This document shows, in pieces, positions 46,979-56,381 of a stretch of DNA of 59,236 bases (position 1 is the first letter of the stretch; each line of letters starts with the position of its first letter). The stretch comes from a virus. Its lineage: Duplodnaviria > Caudoviricetes. The stretch spans positions 1-59,236 of IMG/VR virus record IMGVR_UViG_3300025102_006169; one strand, given 5' to 3'. The notes below the pieces were generated by a model. That model was not told where the DNA came from. It saw only the letters and a list, made by a program, of their open reading frames with translations, and did not search any database. Both the position numbers and the translations under genes were made by a program.

Positions 46979-47738
46979 TACTAACTCTTTTAAAGTCCTC
47001 TTTACTGAACTTTTGCATTTCAAGTATCATTTTTAAAGTCTTGTCTAAATTAACTGCCTCGTTATCCAGCAAGGTTTCCTTAGCATATTCCCACATGTTC
47101 TTTTGTATGTGTCTTTTTGAGGCAAATGCCATGTCTGCAAACTCTTGTTCGGAACAGTTCTTTTCGTTCTCTACCCCTGACTTTTGTCCCGGTATAAACC
47201 CATCCAAGTAAAAACTGAACCCATAAATTGATAACTTACTTGGATTCATTTCTAGTAAATCATAGATAGATAAAAACCCTGTATTAGGTTTACATTTGAC
47301 TGCATCTGAAATTTTGTTATTAAAATTGTGATCTATAATTCGTATTGGTATTAGCTCAGAAATAAATTCTGCTTTTTTTACATCTATCAAACCGTGAAAA
47401 TGAGTTCCCTTAGAGTGCCCTGCATAGTCTGAAACAGGAGGGGCTACAATGATTTGGATTTTATGTTTTTCTTTTAGTTCTGTTCGGTCTAATTTGCCAG
47501 CTTGTTGTGCCCTTTCTATTAGACATGAGTAGAGAACATCTGTCCTACTACCAACATCATTCTTATAAACCAAAGCGGTCTCGATTCCCCTATTAATCCT
47601 GACAACTATGTCATGTGATTCTATCTCAGGACCGTAACCCGAGCCGTGCATGTATTTTGCTGGTCCTACAAGGGCTACAGATGATCCGCTAATGAAGTCT
47701 TTAAAACCTGTCTCATGTGTGTTTGTAATTTGTATCAT
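46956..47738 (-). CDS. GT29 sialyltransferase-like glycosyltransferase
   Basis: VALVGPA...GPEIESHDIVVRIN..DVGSRT resembles sialylmotif L; PNTGF...IYGF resembles sialylmotif S; late His in KRHIQ. Confidence 0.7.
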   Translation of the reverse strand: MIQITNTHETGFKDFISGSSVALVGPAKYMHGSGYGPEIESHDIVVRINRGIETALVYKNDVGSRTDVLYSCLIERAQQAGKLDRTELKEKHKIQIIVAPPVSDYAGHSKGTHFHGLIDVKKAEFISELIPIRIIDHNFNNKISDAVKCKPNTGFLSIYDLLEMNPSKLSIYGFSFYLDGFIPGQKSGVENEKNCSEQEFADMAFASKRHIQKNMWEYAKETLLDNEAVNLDKTLKMILEMQKFSKEDFKRVSNENFHTD

Positions 47739-48322
47739 TTAGTTTCAGCTTTTTTGACAATTGCAATTTTGTTTTCTACAACTTTAATCAATCCTTCTTC
47801 ACCAAAGAAATGTTTGGTATAAGTATTTTCCACAAATCTGCCCATGTCATCCACAATACAAATACCATTGTCCTTTAGCAGCCTGTGGGCGTTATAAATG
47901 CTTTGCATTCTGCCCGGACCCTTGTACGGACGCGGAGGTTGGTGTCCAAGTGGAGCATCCACTAGAATTAAATCCCAATTTTCCCCTTCGATGTTGTTGG
48001 GCATTTCTAAAAACAGTTTATCAGTATCGGAAAAATTAATCTTTTCATGATCTTCAACTTTTGTGGTATATTTAATCGGATAAATCTCAAGCTCTGTTTC
48101 ACTAAATTTATCAATCCACTCAATGTCATCCTCCAAGAAAACAGTTCTCCCACCCTTATTAAGTTCAGCCCATGCATGGGCATCCTGACCTAAACCAAAA
48201 ACTAAAAAATTGCACGGAGCTAATAGTTCCAGAGCGTAACCTATTTCATAATATTGCGGGCTTGACATCAGACCTTTTGAAAAATTGTGTGCATTTTTCT
48301 GCATGATTTTTCGAAAATTCAT
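47735..48322 (-). CDS. DUF579 (IRX15/GXM-like) polysaccharide O-methyltransferase
   Basis: PCNFLVFGLGQD..W..LNKGGRTVFLEDD and WDLILVDAP.G....GPGRMQSIY closely follow plant glucuronoxylan methyltransferase motifs as recalled. Confidence 0.75.
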   Translation of the reverse strand: MNFRKIMQKNAHNFSKGLMSSPQYYEIGYALELLAPCNFLVFGLGQDAHAWAELNKGGRTVFLEDDIEWIDKFSETELEIYPIKYTTKVEDHEKINFSDTDKLFLEMPNNIEGENWDLILVDAPLGHQPPRPYKGPGRMQSIYNAHRLLKDNGICIVDDMGRFVENTYTKHFFGEEGLIKVVENKIAIVKKAETK

Positions 48323-49066
48323 TTAATACTCCATGAAGTTTTGCTTGCAAATTTTTAAAGCTTCGTCTAAGCTTTCTATCTCATAAGTTCCCTGATTGAT
48401 TCTAGTGTCTGCGTGCATGTGATAAATTCTAGGCGCTAAATGTTCTTCGCCGAATTCATGATGAAACTTTCTCTGTTTTTCCCTGTTAGCTTTGCTACGA
48501 ATGTTGTATTCAACAGGAAAAACATAAAATTTCAAGCCACCCTGAATAGCTTGCCAGAGGGAGAATCTAAATGAGGCTTGATCCCAAGGGCAGTAATTGT
48601 AATACCGATAAAAGTTTTTTCTCCACTCTTTCCAAAGATTCATAACCTTTTCGCCACTGTTGAATACTAAAACACCAGTGTTAATCTCAGAAAAAGCATA
48701 CGGTATGTCTCTATACTCGGGCATAACATTTGAGTACTTAATTCTTTTTCTGGCTAGATCGTGTGTGCCAGCAAGATCAAAATTATCTAATAAGTCATAC
48801 ATGTCTTCTATGTTTCTGTCGATTATTGTGTCTGTATCTAGAAACAAAGTCTGTTCGTATGGTGTTTGATCAATGTAATCAATCTTTGGTCTTAAATGCT
48901 TGGCATTAATAATTTTAACCTCGTCAACAAATGGGGAGTCCACTTCCTGATCAATAAACGCTGTTATGTGTAGATTTGGATTGTGTTTTTTGACTGATTC
49001 AGCTGAGATCAGCATCTCCTTGACGAAGTTTTCTCCAAAAGCTATGTAAATGACACCCCTATTCAT
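48323..49066 (-). CDS. GT-A glycosyltransferase (GT8-like / nucleotide-diphospho-sugar transferase)
   Basis: LFLDTDT (DxD), INTGVL, DQASF, EYN, IYH. Confidence 0.75.
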   Translation of the reverse strand: MNRGVIYIAFGENFVKEMLISAESVKKHNPNLHITAFIDQEVDSPFVDEVKIINAKHLRPKIDYIDQTPYEQTLFLDTDTIIDRNIEDMYDLLDNFDLAGTHDLARKRIKYSNVMPEYRDIPYAFSEINTGVLVFNSGEKVMNLWKEWRKNFYRYYNYCPWDQASFRFSLWQAIQGGLKFYVFPVEYNIRSKANREKQRKFHHEFGEEHLAPRIYHMHADTRINQGTYEIESLDEALKICKQNFMEY

Positions 49067-49067
49067 G

Positions 49068-50051
49068 TTAAATCTCCTCTATTCTATCGTATAAATGTTT
49101 GGCCCAGTTAAGTGGATTATATAATCTATCAAATTCTTTCTTGGCGTTGTCAGCAGTTTGCTGCCTTTTTTCTGCGTCTCTTAAACAACTTAACGCTTTA
49201 TACCAGCTGTTAGTATTTTGTGCTACAAACCCACATTCGGGCGATCCAAGGATGTGTAAATTGCTTGGCGTTAAGTCTCCAACCACTGGTATACCGAGTT
49301 GGTGAAACACAAAGTTTCTTCCCGCATTTGACTTATTCTTAAAGCGAGTTACATAATCAGTATTATACCTACCCAGATCAACAGATGTTCCCTGCTTATC
49401 ATCGCAAGGATCAATGTTGGTTACATTTGGCACTACCCCTATGTCACAACTAAGCAAATCGTCTCTAACCGTATTAAAGTTCCACTGTTTTATTATTATG
49501 TTTTTGATTTTAGGCTTACCAGTTTTCCATTTAAAATGTTGATTAGAAGTTATAACAAAGAGTTCTAAATCAATCTCTTTGTCGAGCGTCTCTAAAGATT
49601 GTTTCAAACCGTAATCAAATTTGCCCAAGTGAGTGTGACTACCGTGAAACCCTATTCTTAACACATCTTTGTCTTTGTGTTTCTTATAGTGATCACATGA
49701 CTGATACATGTTTTCTATAAGCGGAAACAAAAATACATTCTTGTGGTGTGATAAGCTTATCTGCTCCTCTATAGATCCTACGATTACAAAATCAGGCCTT
49801 ACTTTTGAGTCTGCTGACAGGTTAATGACTCCGACTTTTCGATTCTCGTTCATAATTGCTTCGGCTATAGACGCGTCTGCTTTTGAACAGATTATTATTT
49901 CAGAGCCACTACCATAAGCCACTGTAGGAGAATTTGTTATTTTACAAGAAACCCCACATGATTTTAAATATTGGCTAAGATCATTAACCCAAATCCTATA
50001 CGATCCGACATTTATAGATCTGTCAGTTGCTAAAAAAGTAATTGTTTTCAC
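49068..50051 (-). CDS. GT-B fold glycosyltransferase (GT4-like, divergent)
   Basis: GSYRI, IGFHGS, DIGVVP, KSNAGR..LGIPVV, CGFVA; GTG start. Confidence 0.6.
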   Translation of the reverse strand: MKTITFLATDRSINVGSYRIWVNDLSQYLKSCGVSCKITNSPTVAYGSGSEIIICSKADASIAEAIMNENRKVGVINLSADSKVRPDFVIVGSIEEQISLSHHKNVFLFPLIENMYQSCDHYKKHKDKDVLRIGFHGSHTHLGKFDYGLKQSLETLDKEIDLELFVITSNQHFKWKTGKPKIKNIIIKQWNFNTVRDDLLSCDIGVVPNVTNIDPCDDKQGTSVDLGRYNTDYVTRFKNKSNAGRNFVFHQLGIPVVGDLTPSNLHILGSPECGFVAQNTNSWYKALSCLRDAEKRQQTADNAKKEFDRLYNPLNWAKHLYDRIEEI

Positions 50052-50740
50052 TAAATCTTGCCAAACACTACAACTTGATGGTTTGGGTTTCCGCTTGCTG
50101 CGTCCCCAACACGGTAGACCATAAAATTACCAACAGACTTACAAACCTCTTTTATGTCCTCATAACAGCCAAATCTAACATCGAAATCATCAAAGATCCA
50201 AATTGGATTTTCAGATTGTAGGTGCTTAACATTGGCAATGTCTCGTAAAACTGCTCCTCTTTGGTGAGATGCATCAATGTAAAAGAGATCGATCTTTTCT
50301 TTTATCTGTTGCCCTAATTCTTTGCTTGTACCTAAGCAAAACGTAGTGTTCTGGGCGTATGTGTCAGCATACTTCTTGTTTCTCTTGTCTAGAATGTCAC
50401 AACTCCAGACATGTCCCTCGGGACCAATCTGTTCAGCAAAAGAGTAAAACTGTAATCCCTCTGCTGTACCAACCTCTAAGATGTTTTTGACACCAAAGTT
50501 TTTAGCAATTTGAGATAGGTAGTAAGGCCTTTTAATCAGTTGAGACAAACATCTTTTGGTTTCCTGATCAGATAAACCATGAGTGTTCGCTTTATTAAGT
50601 TGCACCAAAAAGCTTATGTCCTTCCAAATTTTCTTGTATTTATCAGGAACTAAAATGTCTTCAAACCGACCACATTTCTCTATGAGCCTTTGGTTAGCAT
50701 CTGAATTTTTTATGTATTCTTTGTATTCTGGCCAAATCAT
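50051..50740 (-). CDS. class I SAM-dependent methyltransferase (Methyltransf_24-like)
   Basis: ILEVGTAEG, WSCDI, IDLFYIDASH, IFDD. Confidence 0.8.
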   Translation of the reverse strand: MIWPEYKEYIKNSDANQRLIEKCGRFEDILVPDKYKKIWKDISFLVQLNKANTHGLSDQETKRCLSQLIKRPYYLSQIAKNFGVKNILEVGTAEGLQFYSFAEQIGPEGHVWSCDILDKRNKKYADTYAQNTTFCLGTSKELGQQIKEKIDLFYIDASHQRGAVLRDIANVKHLQSENPIWIFDDFDVRFGCYEDIKEVCKSVGNFMVYRVGDAASGNPNHQVVVFGKI

Positions 50741-51351
50741 TTTAAATCTATTAACTCTTTTATCTTTTGTAGCATGTCTACGTTTTTTTCTGGCTTATGT
50801 TCGCTGAACCGGTGTAGCACTATGTTATTAGACTCTAGGAGATCATAATATTCTTGGACTCTGGTATTAAGCTCTGCCACCTTTTCTACATCGTGGCCTT
50901 GTCCGCAAAACAGGTCAATCTTGTTGTGTATGTTATTATCCACTATGTCCTGAAAAAATGGCAGTTCTGCGCCTTCAATGTTTATCTTTAGTATGTTAAT
51001 GTCTTCTTCGGAGTAATCAACACTTTCATTAAACCAATCAGAAAATTTTATACCTTCAACCTCTTCGTAATCTTTCCCAACATTATTCTTAGTGGAGTAG
51101 ATTGAGTGCCCAACACCATTTTTTGAATAATAAAGCTTAATACTTTTATTATCATCAGAAATAGCTTTGTTAATTATCGAAACCTTAGAATTAAAATTGT
51201 AAGTTTCCGACAACCATTTTGAGTACTGTTGACAAGCCTCAAATCCGTATACTTTATAATCTTCAATTCCAAGTTGTGGCATAATGTGGTTTACAACCCA
51301 GTGTATTTCTATACCCCTACAGGCACCGAGATCAAAATAATTAATTCTCAT
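50737..51351 (-). CDS. FkbM-family methyltransferase
   Basis: FDLGACRG, YGFEA, INKAIS, ILKINIEGAE. Confidence 0.82.
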   Translation of the reverse strand: MRINYFDLGACRGIEIHWVVNHIMPQLGIEDYKVYGFEACQQYSKWLSETYNFNSKVSIINKAISDDNKSIKLYYSKNGVGHSIYSTKNNVGKDYEEVEGIKFSDWFNESVDYSEEDINILKINIEGAELPFFQDIVDNNIHNKIDLFCGQGHDVEKVAELNTRVQEYYDLLESNNIVLHRFSEHKPEKNVDMLQKIKELIDLK

Positions 51352-52240
51352 TTGATTGTCTCATAAAATCAATGTACTTGTTGGCAACTACTTTCATATT
51401 ATAATCGGTGCTTATGTTGTTGTCAACTACTTTATCAAAGTTTATTTGAGGAGGATTGTACAAATCAACCGGAGACATGTCCCAATTGTCCTCTTCAATA
51501 ATCAACGCGTTAGTGCCAGCGATCTCTCTAGTGCCACCAGCGGTGGAGCACACGATCTTGCACCCAGAGGCTCTAGCATCCACCACAACGTTAGGGCAGT
51601 GATCAAGCCATGCAAGATGCAGAAAATACTTTGAACGCTTGTACAGAGCTATCAGAGCCTCATGTGGCAAATCTCCAACAAAGAAAATTCTATCATGAGC
51701 TTTTGGATAATCGGTTTTGCCGGCAACTACCAGACACTCTCTATTACTTGAATGTTCTAGGAAGTACCTAATGTTATCTTTTAATCTTTTGTGGGGTCTC
51801 CAATTAGATGCACAAGACCACACTGATTCATAGCCATCAAGAACAGAGTTATTAAGCACTTTGGTACTGTTTATCTTCTCCAGATCTGCACCATTGTGAA
51901 TAACAATTGAATTTGGATGGGATCCAAAGTATTTTGTGGTTAACTTTTTGTTGAACTCTGATTGAAATATGACGCCGTTGGAAATTTCATAGGTTCTTTT
52001 GATGTTCCTATTTTGAAGATTATAATCAAATTTTGTATTAAAATAGATACCATCTAGTCTCTGGAACATTGGGCAATCGAAATTTTCTCTGCTTGATTCT
52101 ATAAAACACAAATGTGCGTTCGGTGCTTGTTTTAAATCAAAAGAGCAGCCGGCTTTGCTAGCATACTTTGTCAACTTTTTTGCAAATGAGTTTGGGCCTG
52201 TACTGCTATTTAGATTTACATTTTCTAGATGAATGTTCAA
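51341..52240 (-). CDS. GT4-family glycosyltransferase
   Basis: GPNSF, QRLDG, IFQSEF, IHNG, HKR, DHCPNVVVDARASGC, GGTREI; TTG start. Confidence 0.82.
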   Translation of the reverse strand: MNIHLENVNLNSSTGPNSFAKKLTKYASKAGCSFDLKQAPNAHLCFIESSRENFDCPMFQRLDGIYFNTKFDYNLQNRNIKRTYEISNGVIFQSEFNKKLTTKYFGSHPNSIVIHNGADLEKINSTKVLNNSVLDGYESVWSCASNWRPHKRLKDNIRYFLEHSSNRECLVVAGKTDYPKAHDRIFFVGDLPHEALIALYKRSKYFLHLAWLDHCPNVVVDARASGCKIVCSTAGGTREIAGTNALIIEEDNWDMSPVDLYNPPQINFDKVVDNNISTDYNMKVVANKYIDFMRQSNEN

Positions 52241-53838
52241 GACAGTCTCTCGTAAGATTTCTGTTGTCTAATTTTATTTGCTGTCTCAACTTGTTGTTTG
52301 GTATAAACTTTGTCAACGTTTAAGGGATTAACCTTATTATAAACGTGCAGAATTTCTGGAACATAGTGACACTTTGGTCCCGACATTTCCAGCAACGGTA
52401 ACATAATTGCCTGATCATAAGCGACTTTATAATAATCACCGTCTGTGTCTTTCAGGTCATCGTGTTCTATTTTATCCCAAACCTTTTTCCTAAATGTTCG
52501 AAGGTGTGAAGCTCGCCACACATCTTTACGATATGCATTATTATCAACAACCGCTTCAGGGTACTCAGATGGCTCTGGACCTCGGACTCCGTAGGGGTAT
52601 AGAACATAGCTGCCGTATGTCATCCAACAATCTTTTTCATTATAAAATTTATTGAGATGTGATAGTACAAGATTACTTGAGAACCAATCATCTCCATCCA
52701 AGAGAATAACAACATCTTCAGGGTCACAATTTAATGATTCTACTGTCGATGCAATGTTTCCCAAGGCAAATCTTTTTTGATCATTTTTTATAACTTTAAA
52801 TCTAGGATCATCTATTGTTAATTCTTTTGCAACTCTAAACGAATCGTCGTTGGACATGTCATCTATTAGAACACACTCAAAATTAGTATAGCTTTGATCT
52901 TTTATTGAACTTATGCATTTTGGCAAAAAACTTTCTGCATTATAGAAAGGTGTCACAATAAAATACTTTGGACCCACTAAACTACCTTCTTTTGGCATAA
53001 AATCCAAATGCTTATTTATTTCATCCCAGAAAACTTTAGTTCTTGTTTTAAGATATTGTAAACAGGACTCTTTAGTCTGGAACCACTTTTCATCTTTGTG
53101 TTGAACATTATCATTTAATTTAAGATCGCAGTCCAGTAGTTTTGCCTCTATTACCATTCTTGGACATGTATCGCCTGCTTTGGGGAAAAAAATCAACCCT
53201 TTCGATGAAGCAAGCTTCTTCAATAATTCTTTGTGCTCTAGGCCCCATACTAATTCATAATCAAGATTATTTTGTTTTGCGTACTCAACAGCCTCTTTAA
53301 CACCTTTAATCCAAGATTGAGAATTTAGAATTATCCACTTATCATTCTTCTGGGTTGTATCCAATGATTCCAGATAGTCCAAAGTTTCACCTGAAAACAC
53401 AGAACTAAGCACCTGTCCCTGTAAGAAAGCAAAAGCAGAAATCTGCTTTTGTTTTTGTTGCTCAGACATCCACCAGTTTATTTTAGACTTTGCCAAAAAC
53501 AAAGCGACTACCTTTCCACCCTTGCTTGTGTGACAATCACACTCTCCCTCAGAGACTATGTGTTTGCCGGGTGAGCGGTACTTACAAAATTTGTAATCAT
53601 ACTCAAGAACTGAGTAATTTAAATTCTTGGCCGCGTACATCATACACTCTTCGGAAAGATTAGCAAAATTGCCAAAAATCCAAAAAGAGTGTTTAAATTT
53701 TTCCATAATTTGCGGATTTAATTGACTTGTTATAGCTTTCCCAGTGGGCATTAATGTAGATCTTATTAATGCCTCTGTCGTGAGTTCGGCCCCGCCAACA
53801 TAATGTTCAACAAATGCATCCGCAGCAAATAGAATCAT
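52237..53838 (-). CDS. bifunctional glycosyltransferase: N-terminal GT-B-like + C-terminal GT2
   Basis: N-terminal GGAELT, WIKG, DTCPRMVIEAKLLDC; C-terminal IVTPFYNA, LIDDMSND, LLDGDDW, SHLRTF. Confidence 0.8.
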   Translation of the reverse strand: MILFAADAFVEHYVGGAELTTEALIRSTLMPTGKAITSQLNPQIMEKFKHSFWIFGNFANLSEECMMYAAKNLNYSVLEYDYKFCKYRSPGKHIVSEGECDCHTSKGGKVVALFLAKSKINWWMSEQQKQKQISAFAFLQGQVLSSVFSGETLDYLESLDTTQKNDKWIILNSQSWIKGVKEAVEYAKQNNLDYELVWGLEHKELLKKLASSKGLIFFPKAGDTCPRMVIEAKLLDCDLKLNDNVQHKDEKWFQTKESCLQYLKTRTKVFWDEINKHLDFMPKEGSLVGPKYFIVTPFYNAESFLPKCISSIKDQSYTNFECVLIDDMSNDDSFRVAKELTIDDPRFKVIKNDQKRFALGNIASTVESLNCDPEDVVILLDGDDWFSSNLVLSHLNKFYNEKDCWMTYGSYVLYPYGVRGPEPSEYPEAVVDNNAYRKDVWRASHLRTFRKKVWDKIEHDDLKDTDGDYYKVAYDQAIMLPLLEMSGPKCHYVPEILHVYNKVNPLNVDKVYTKQQVETANKIRQQKSYERLS

Positions 53839-55109
53839 TATGTTCCTGCCAACAACTCATCAAACAAGGAGTCAACTTCCTCTTCAGTAATCTCTTTTGG
53901 AAGTATTGAATCACATAAACTGCTGTAAATTTTATCCTTATTAAATTCTTTTCTAACCCAAGACTTCAAATAACTTGCTCTTTCAAGCCATTTGTCATAT
54001 TCTTTTCTTACTTGTCGAAGTCTTAACTTGTAAGACCCTTCTGATGGATAGCACCACATAGTGTCTTTTTCAATAACACCCGGCCAAACTGAGCCTTCAG
54101 AAACAGGGCCCAAGGTAAAGTCTACTTTAGCAAAAAATGGCTTTAGAACATTTTTCTTTTTCTTGTTTTTTGTTCGAGAAGGGGCAAACAAAAAATCACA
54201 TTGCCCAGACCATCCGGGTGCAATGATTGGAAGTCCACTATAAGCTGCCTCAAATAGCGGTAAACCGAAGCCTTCTCCATGAGTCAAAGAAACTAAGCAT
54301 TTTATCTTATCATGATTGTATACAGCGTGCATTTCTTGTTCTGTTAGATCACCGTGTAAGAGATAAATTTTGCATTTTCTATCTTTAGGGGAATCAGATA
54401 AAACGTCATGAATTAACTGGGCAGCATAACTTCTGTCAACAATTGAATTATTTTTAATACTGGTTTTAACTACTAACCCAACTTCTTGATCATAGTTTTC
54501 TTCAACAAACCACTTTATAATTTTTGATAAGTTCTTTCTTGGACCCCACTGAGCGACGGCCAAATAATTAAAATCGTGTTCTAATTCCAATTCGATCTGA
54601 CTTTCCTCATAGTCTTTTACAGGATATCCAACGACATCCACCTCAGTTTGCATTTTTAAACTCATGGGCTGTCCGGTTTCTTTATTGTGACCTTGAAAAA
54701 CAGCGTTCATAAATCCATCTTTAGAATGCTTTGAAATAGTTATTACCTTATTCATGTAATTAGATTTTTCTACCCAGACCGGGGATACTCTATTAGACTC
54801 GATCCCTGCTGTAACACCAATGTTAATTGGTGCCATTCTATCCCATTCATTTGGTATTGTAACTTGAACTGAAATGTCGAACTGTCTTTTTGCTTCTAAG
54901 AACTCATTAGTTGCAATAACTCGCTTATCAATCCATTTTCTTTCCTCATTCATTTCGCAAAGCCAGCCGGTTTCACCCCAGCCGGTTGGAATAATAAAAA
55001 TGTCTACGTCTGATTCGCGAGTCCTAAGTGCTCTCAGCACCAAGCGAGCGTGTTCACCATAACCAGATTGTGATAATACAGGCCCTCGAACTACAACTGA
55101 TTTTTTCAT
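53838..55109 (-). CDS. GT4-family glycosyltransferase
   Basis: ATGA-coupled start at 55109; SQSGYG.HAR, RKN, HGEGFGLPLFEAAYSGLPIIA. Confidence 0.88.
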   Translation of the reverse strand: MKKSVVVRGPVLSQSGYGEHARLVLRALRTRESDVDIFIIPTGWGETGWLCEMNEERKWIDKRVIATNEFLEAKRQFDISVQVTIPNEWDRMAPINIGVTAGIESNRVSPVWVEKSNYMNKVITISKHSKDGFMNAVFQGHNKETGQPMSLKMQTEVDVVGYPVKDYEESQIELELEHDFNYLAVAQWGPRKNLSKIIKWFVEENYDQEVGLVVKTSIKNNSIVDRSYAAQLIHDVLSDSPKDRKCKIYLLHGDLTEQEMHAVYNHDKIKCLVSLTHGEGFGLPLFEAAYSGLPIIAPGWSGQCDFLFAPSRTKNKKKKNVLKPFFAKVDFTLGPVSEGSVWPGVIEKDTMWCYPSEGSYKLRLRQVRKEYDKWLERASYLKSWVRKEFNKDKIYSSLCDSILPKEITEEEVDSLFDELLAGT

Positions 55110-56374
55110 GTTATACTCTCCATAGACCACGCCTTGTAGCCAGTTCTATTTTCCCAACATCCAAATTTTTCACAAGTTTGATCGATTATCTCAATCCATC
55201 TATTTTTTAACTCTTCAAAATTGTAATTATCTTCAACGTGTTTCATACCCATTTTACCAAGCTCGGTGCGCTCCTCTTGAGACATGCCATAAATCTTGTG
55301 CAGGGCCGAATTAAAATCTTTTTCGGAAATCCTATCTTCATGAATATATGGTACATTTTGTGATCCGATAAGTACTTTTGAAGCGGGTTCAATACCAACA
55401 CCAAACCAGTTTTTACCGTCTGTAACCTGCTCTTGTAAACCACCAGTCATAGTAACAATAATAGGCGTGCCACAAGATAATGATTCCAAGGTAGCCAAAC
55501 CAAAGCCTTCCGCATCTGAGATGTTAATGGTGCAATCGGCCATGTTATACATCAGTGATAAACCCTCGGGTGGCATTTTTTGACTAGAAAACATAACGCG
55601 GCCATCTGTAATTTGTTTATCTATTAAAATTGCATTTAGGTCTTGCCCTTGAGGATCTTTTGGATCTGTATGCATAATCAAGCAAACATTTTCTGGGCCT
55701 ACTTCTTCTGCAAAATTGTTGAACCACTCAATTAATGTTCCGCTCTGTTTTCTTCTAGCATTTCTATTATTCCAGAAAAATACAAATCGATCATCATGAT
55801 TAGGAAATTGATTGTCCTTAAATTCTTCTACATGTTCGTCAGATAATCTTTTGAACACATTTGGGTCTACCGCATGAGGCAGGTAATGATTCTCCACATC
55901 TGGCGATACATTATTAACAATGTCATGTGTTACCTTAGAGATTGATGCAATAACATCGTTTGAATCGTACCACTTTTTATTAAATAATGGGAATGGGTAA
56001 TTGTCCCATACATGGTAATATACCATTGGTACAACAGATCGCACTTCATTTTCAATTTGCCAAAGCCATTCAAAATACCTTGGATCAGTCATAAACCAAA
56101 CCAAGCTTGGCTTTTGAGTCCAAATAATTGACCTGATCGTTTCTTGGTTGCCGTAACCATCCACTGGGTATACCATCCAATCGCCGTCGTCCCAACGTTC
56201 GTCCGTGATAGTTTGTGGGTCATAATTAGGGTGTTTCATAGCTCCCCCAAGACAAATAAATTTATATCTACCTGTCATGATCATGGTTTCAATAAAAACT
56301 CTGGTTTGGTGTGCCACGCCAGAGGGTGCCATAGGGTGATCCGATAAAACAAGGATCGTCTTTTTTTCGCTCAT
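55106..56374 (-). CDS. GT4-family glycosyltransferase
   Basis: LSDHP..PSGV, NRNARRK, AEGFGLATLESLSCGTPII..TGGLQEQ. Confidence 0.9.
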   Translation of the reverse strand: MSEKKTILVLSDHPMAPSGVAHQTRVFIETMIMTGRYKFICLGGAMKHPNYDPQTITDERWDDGDWMVYPVDGYGNQETIRSIIWTQKPSLVWFMTDPRYFEWLWQIENEVRSVVPMVYYHVWDNYPFPLFNKKWYDSNDVIASISKVTHDIVNNVSPDVENHYLPHAVDPNVFKRLSDEHVEEFKDNQFPNHDDRFVFFWNNRNARRKQSGTLIEWFNNFAEEVGPENVCLIMHTDPKDPQGQDLNAILIDKQITDGRVMFSSQKMPPEGLSLMYNMADCTINISDAEGFGLATLESLSCGTPIIVTMTGGLQEQVTDGKNWFGVGIEPASKVLIGSQNVPYIHEDRISEKDFNSALHKIYGMSQEERTELGKMGMKHVEDNYNFEELKNRWIEIIDQTCEKFGCWENRTGYKAWSMESIT

Positions 56375-56381
56375 TTAAACC

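Noticed and set aside
46956-48322. Eukaryotic or giant-virus origin implied by GT29-like and DUF579 genes
   Set aside because: sigma70 promoters, Shine-Dalgarno sites, gp6/gp25 baseplate genes and a gp55-like sigma indicate a bacteriophage.
37969-56374. Bacterial LPS/capsule locus or chimeric host DNA
   Set aside because: No flippase, polymerase, transporter or priming transferase; the cluster is joined by overlaps or very short gaps to phage genes on both sides.
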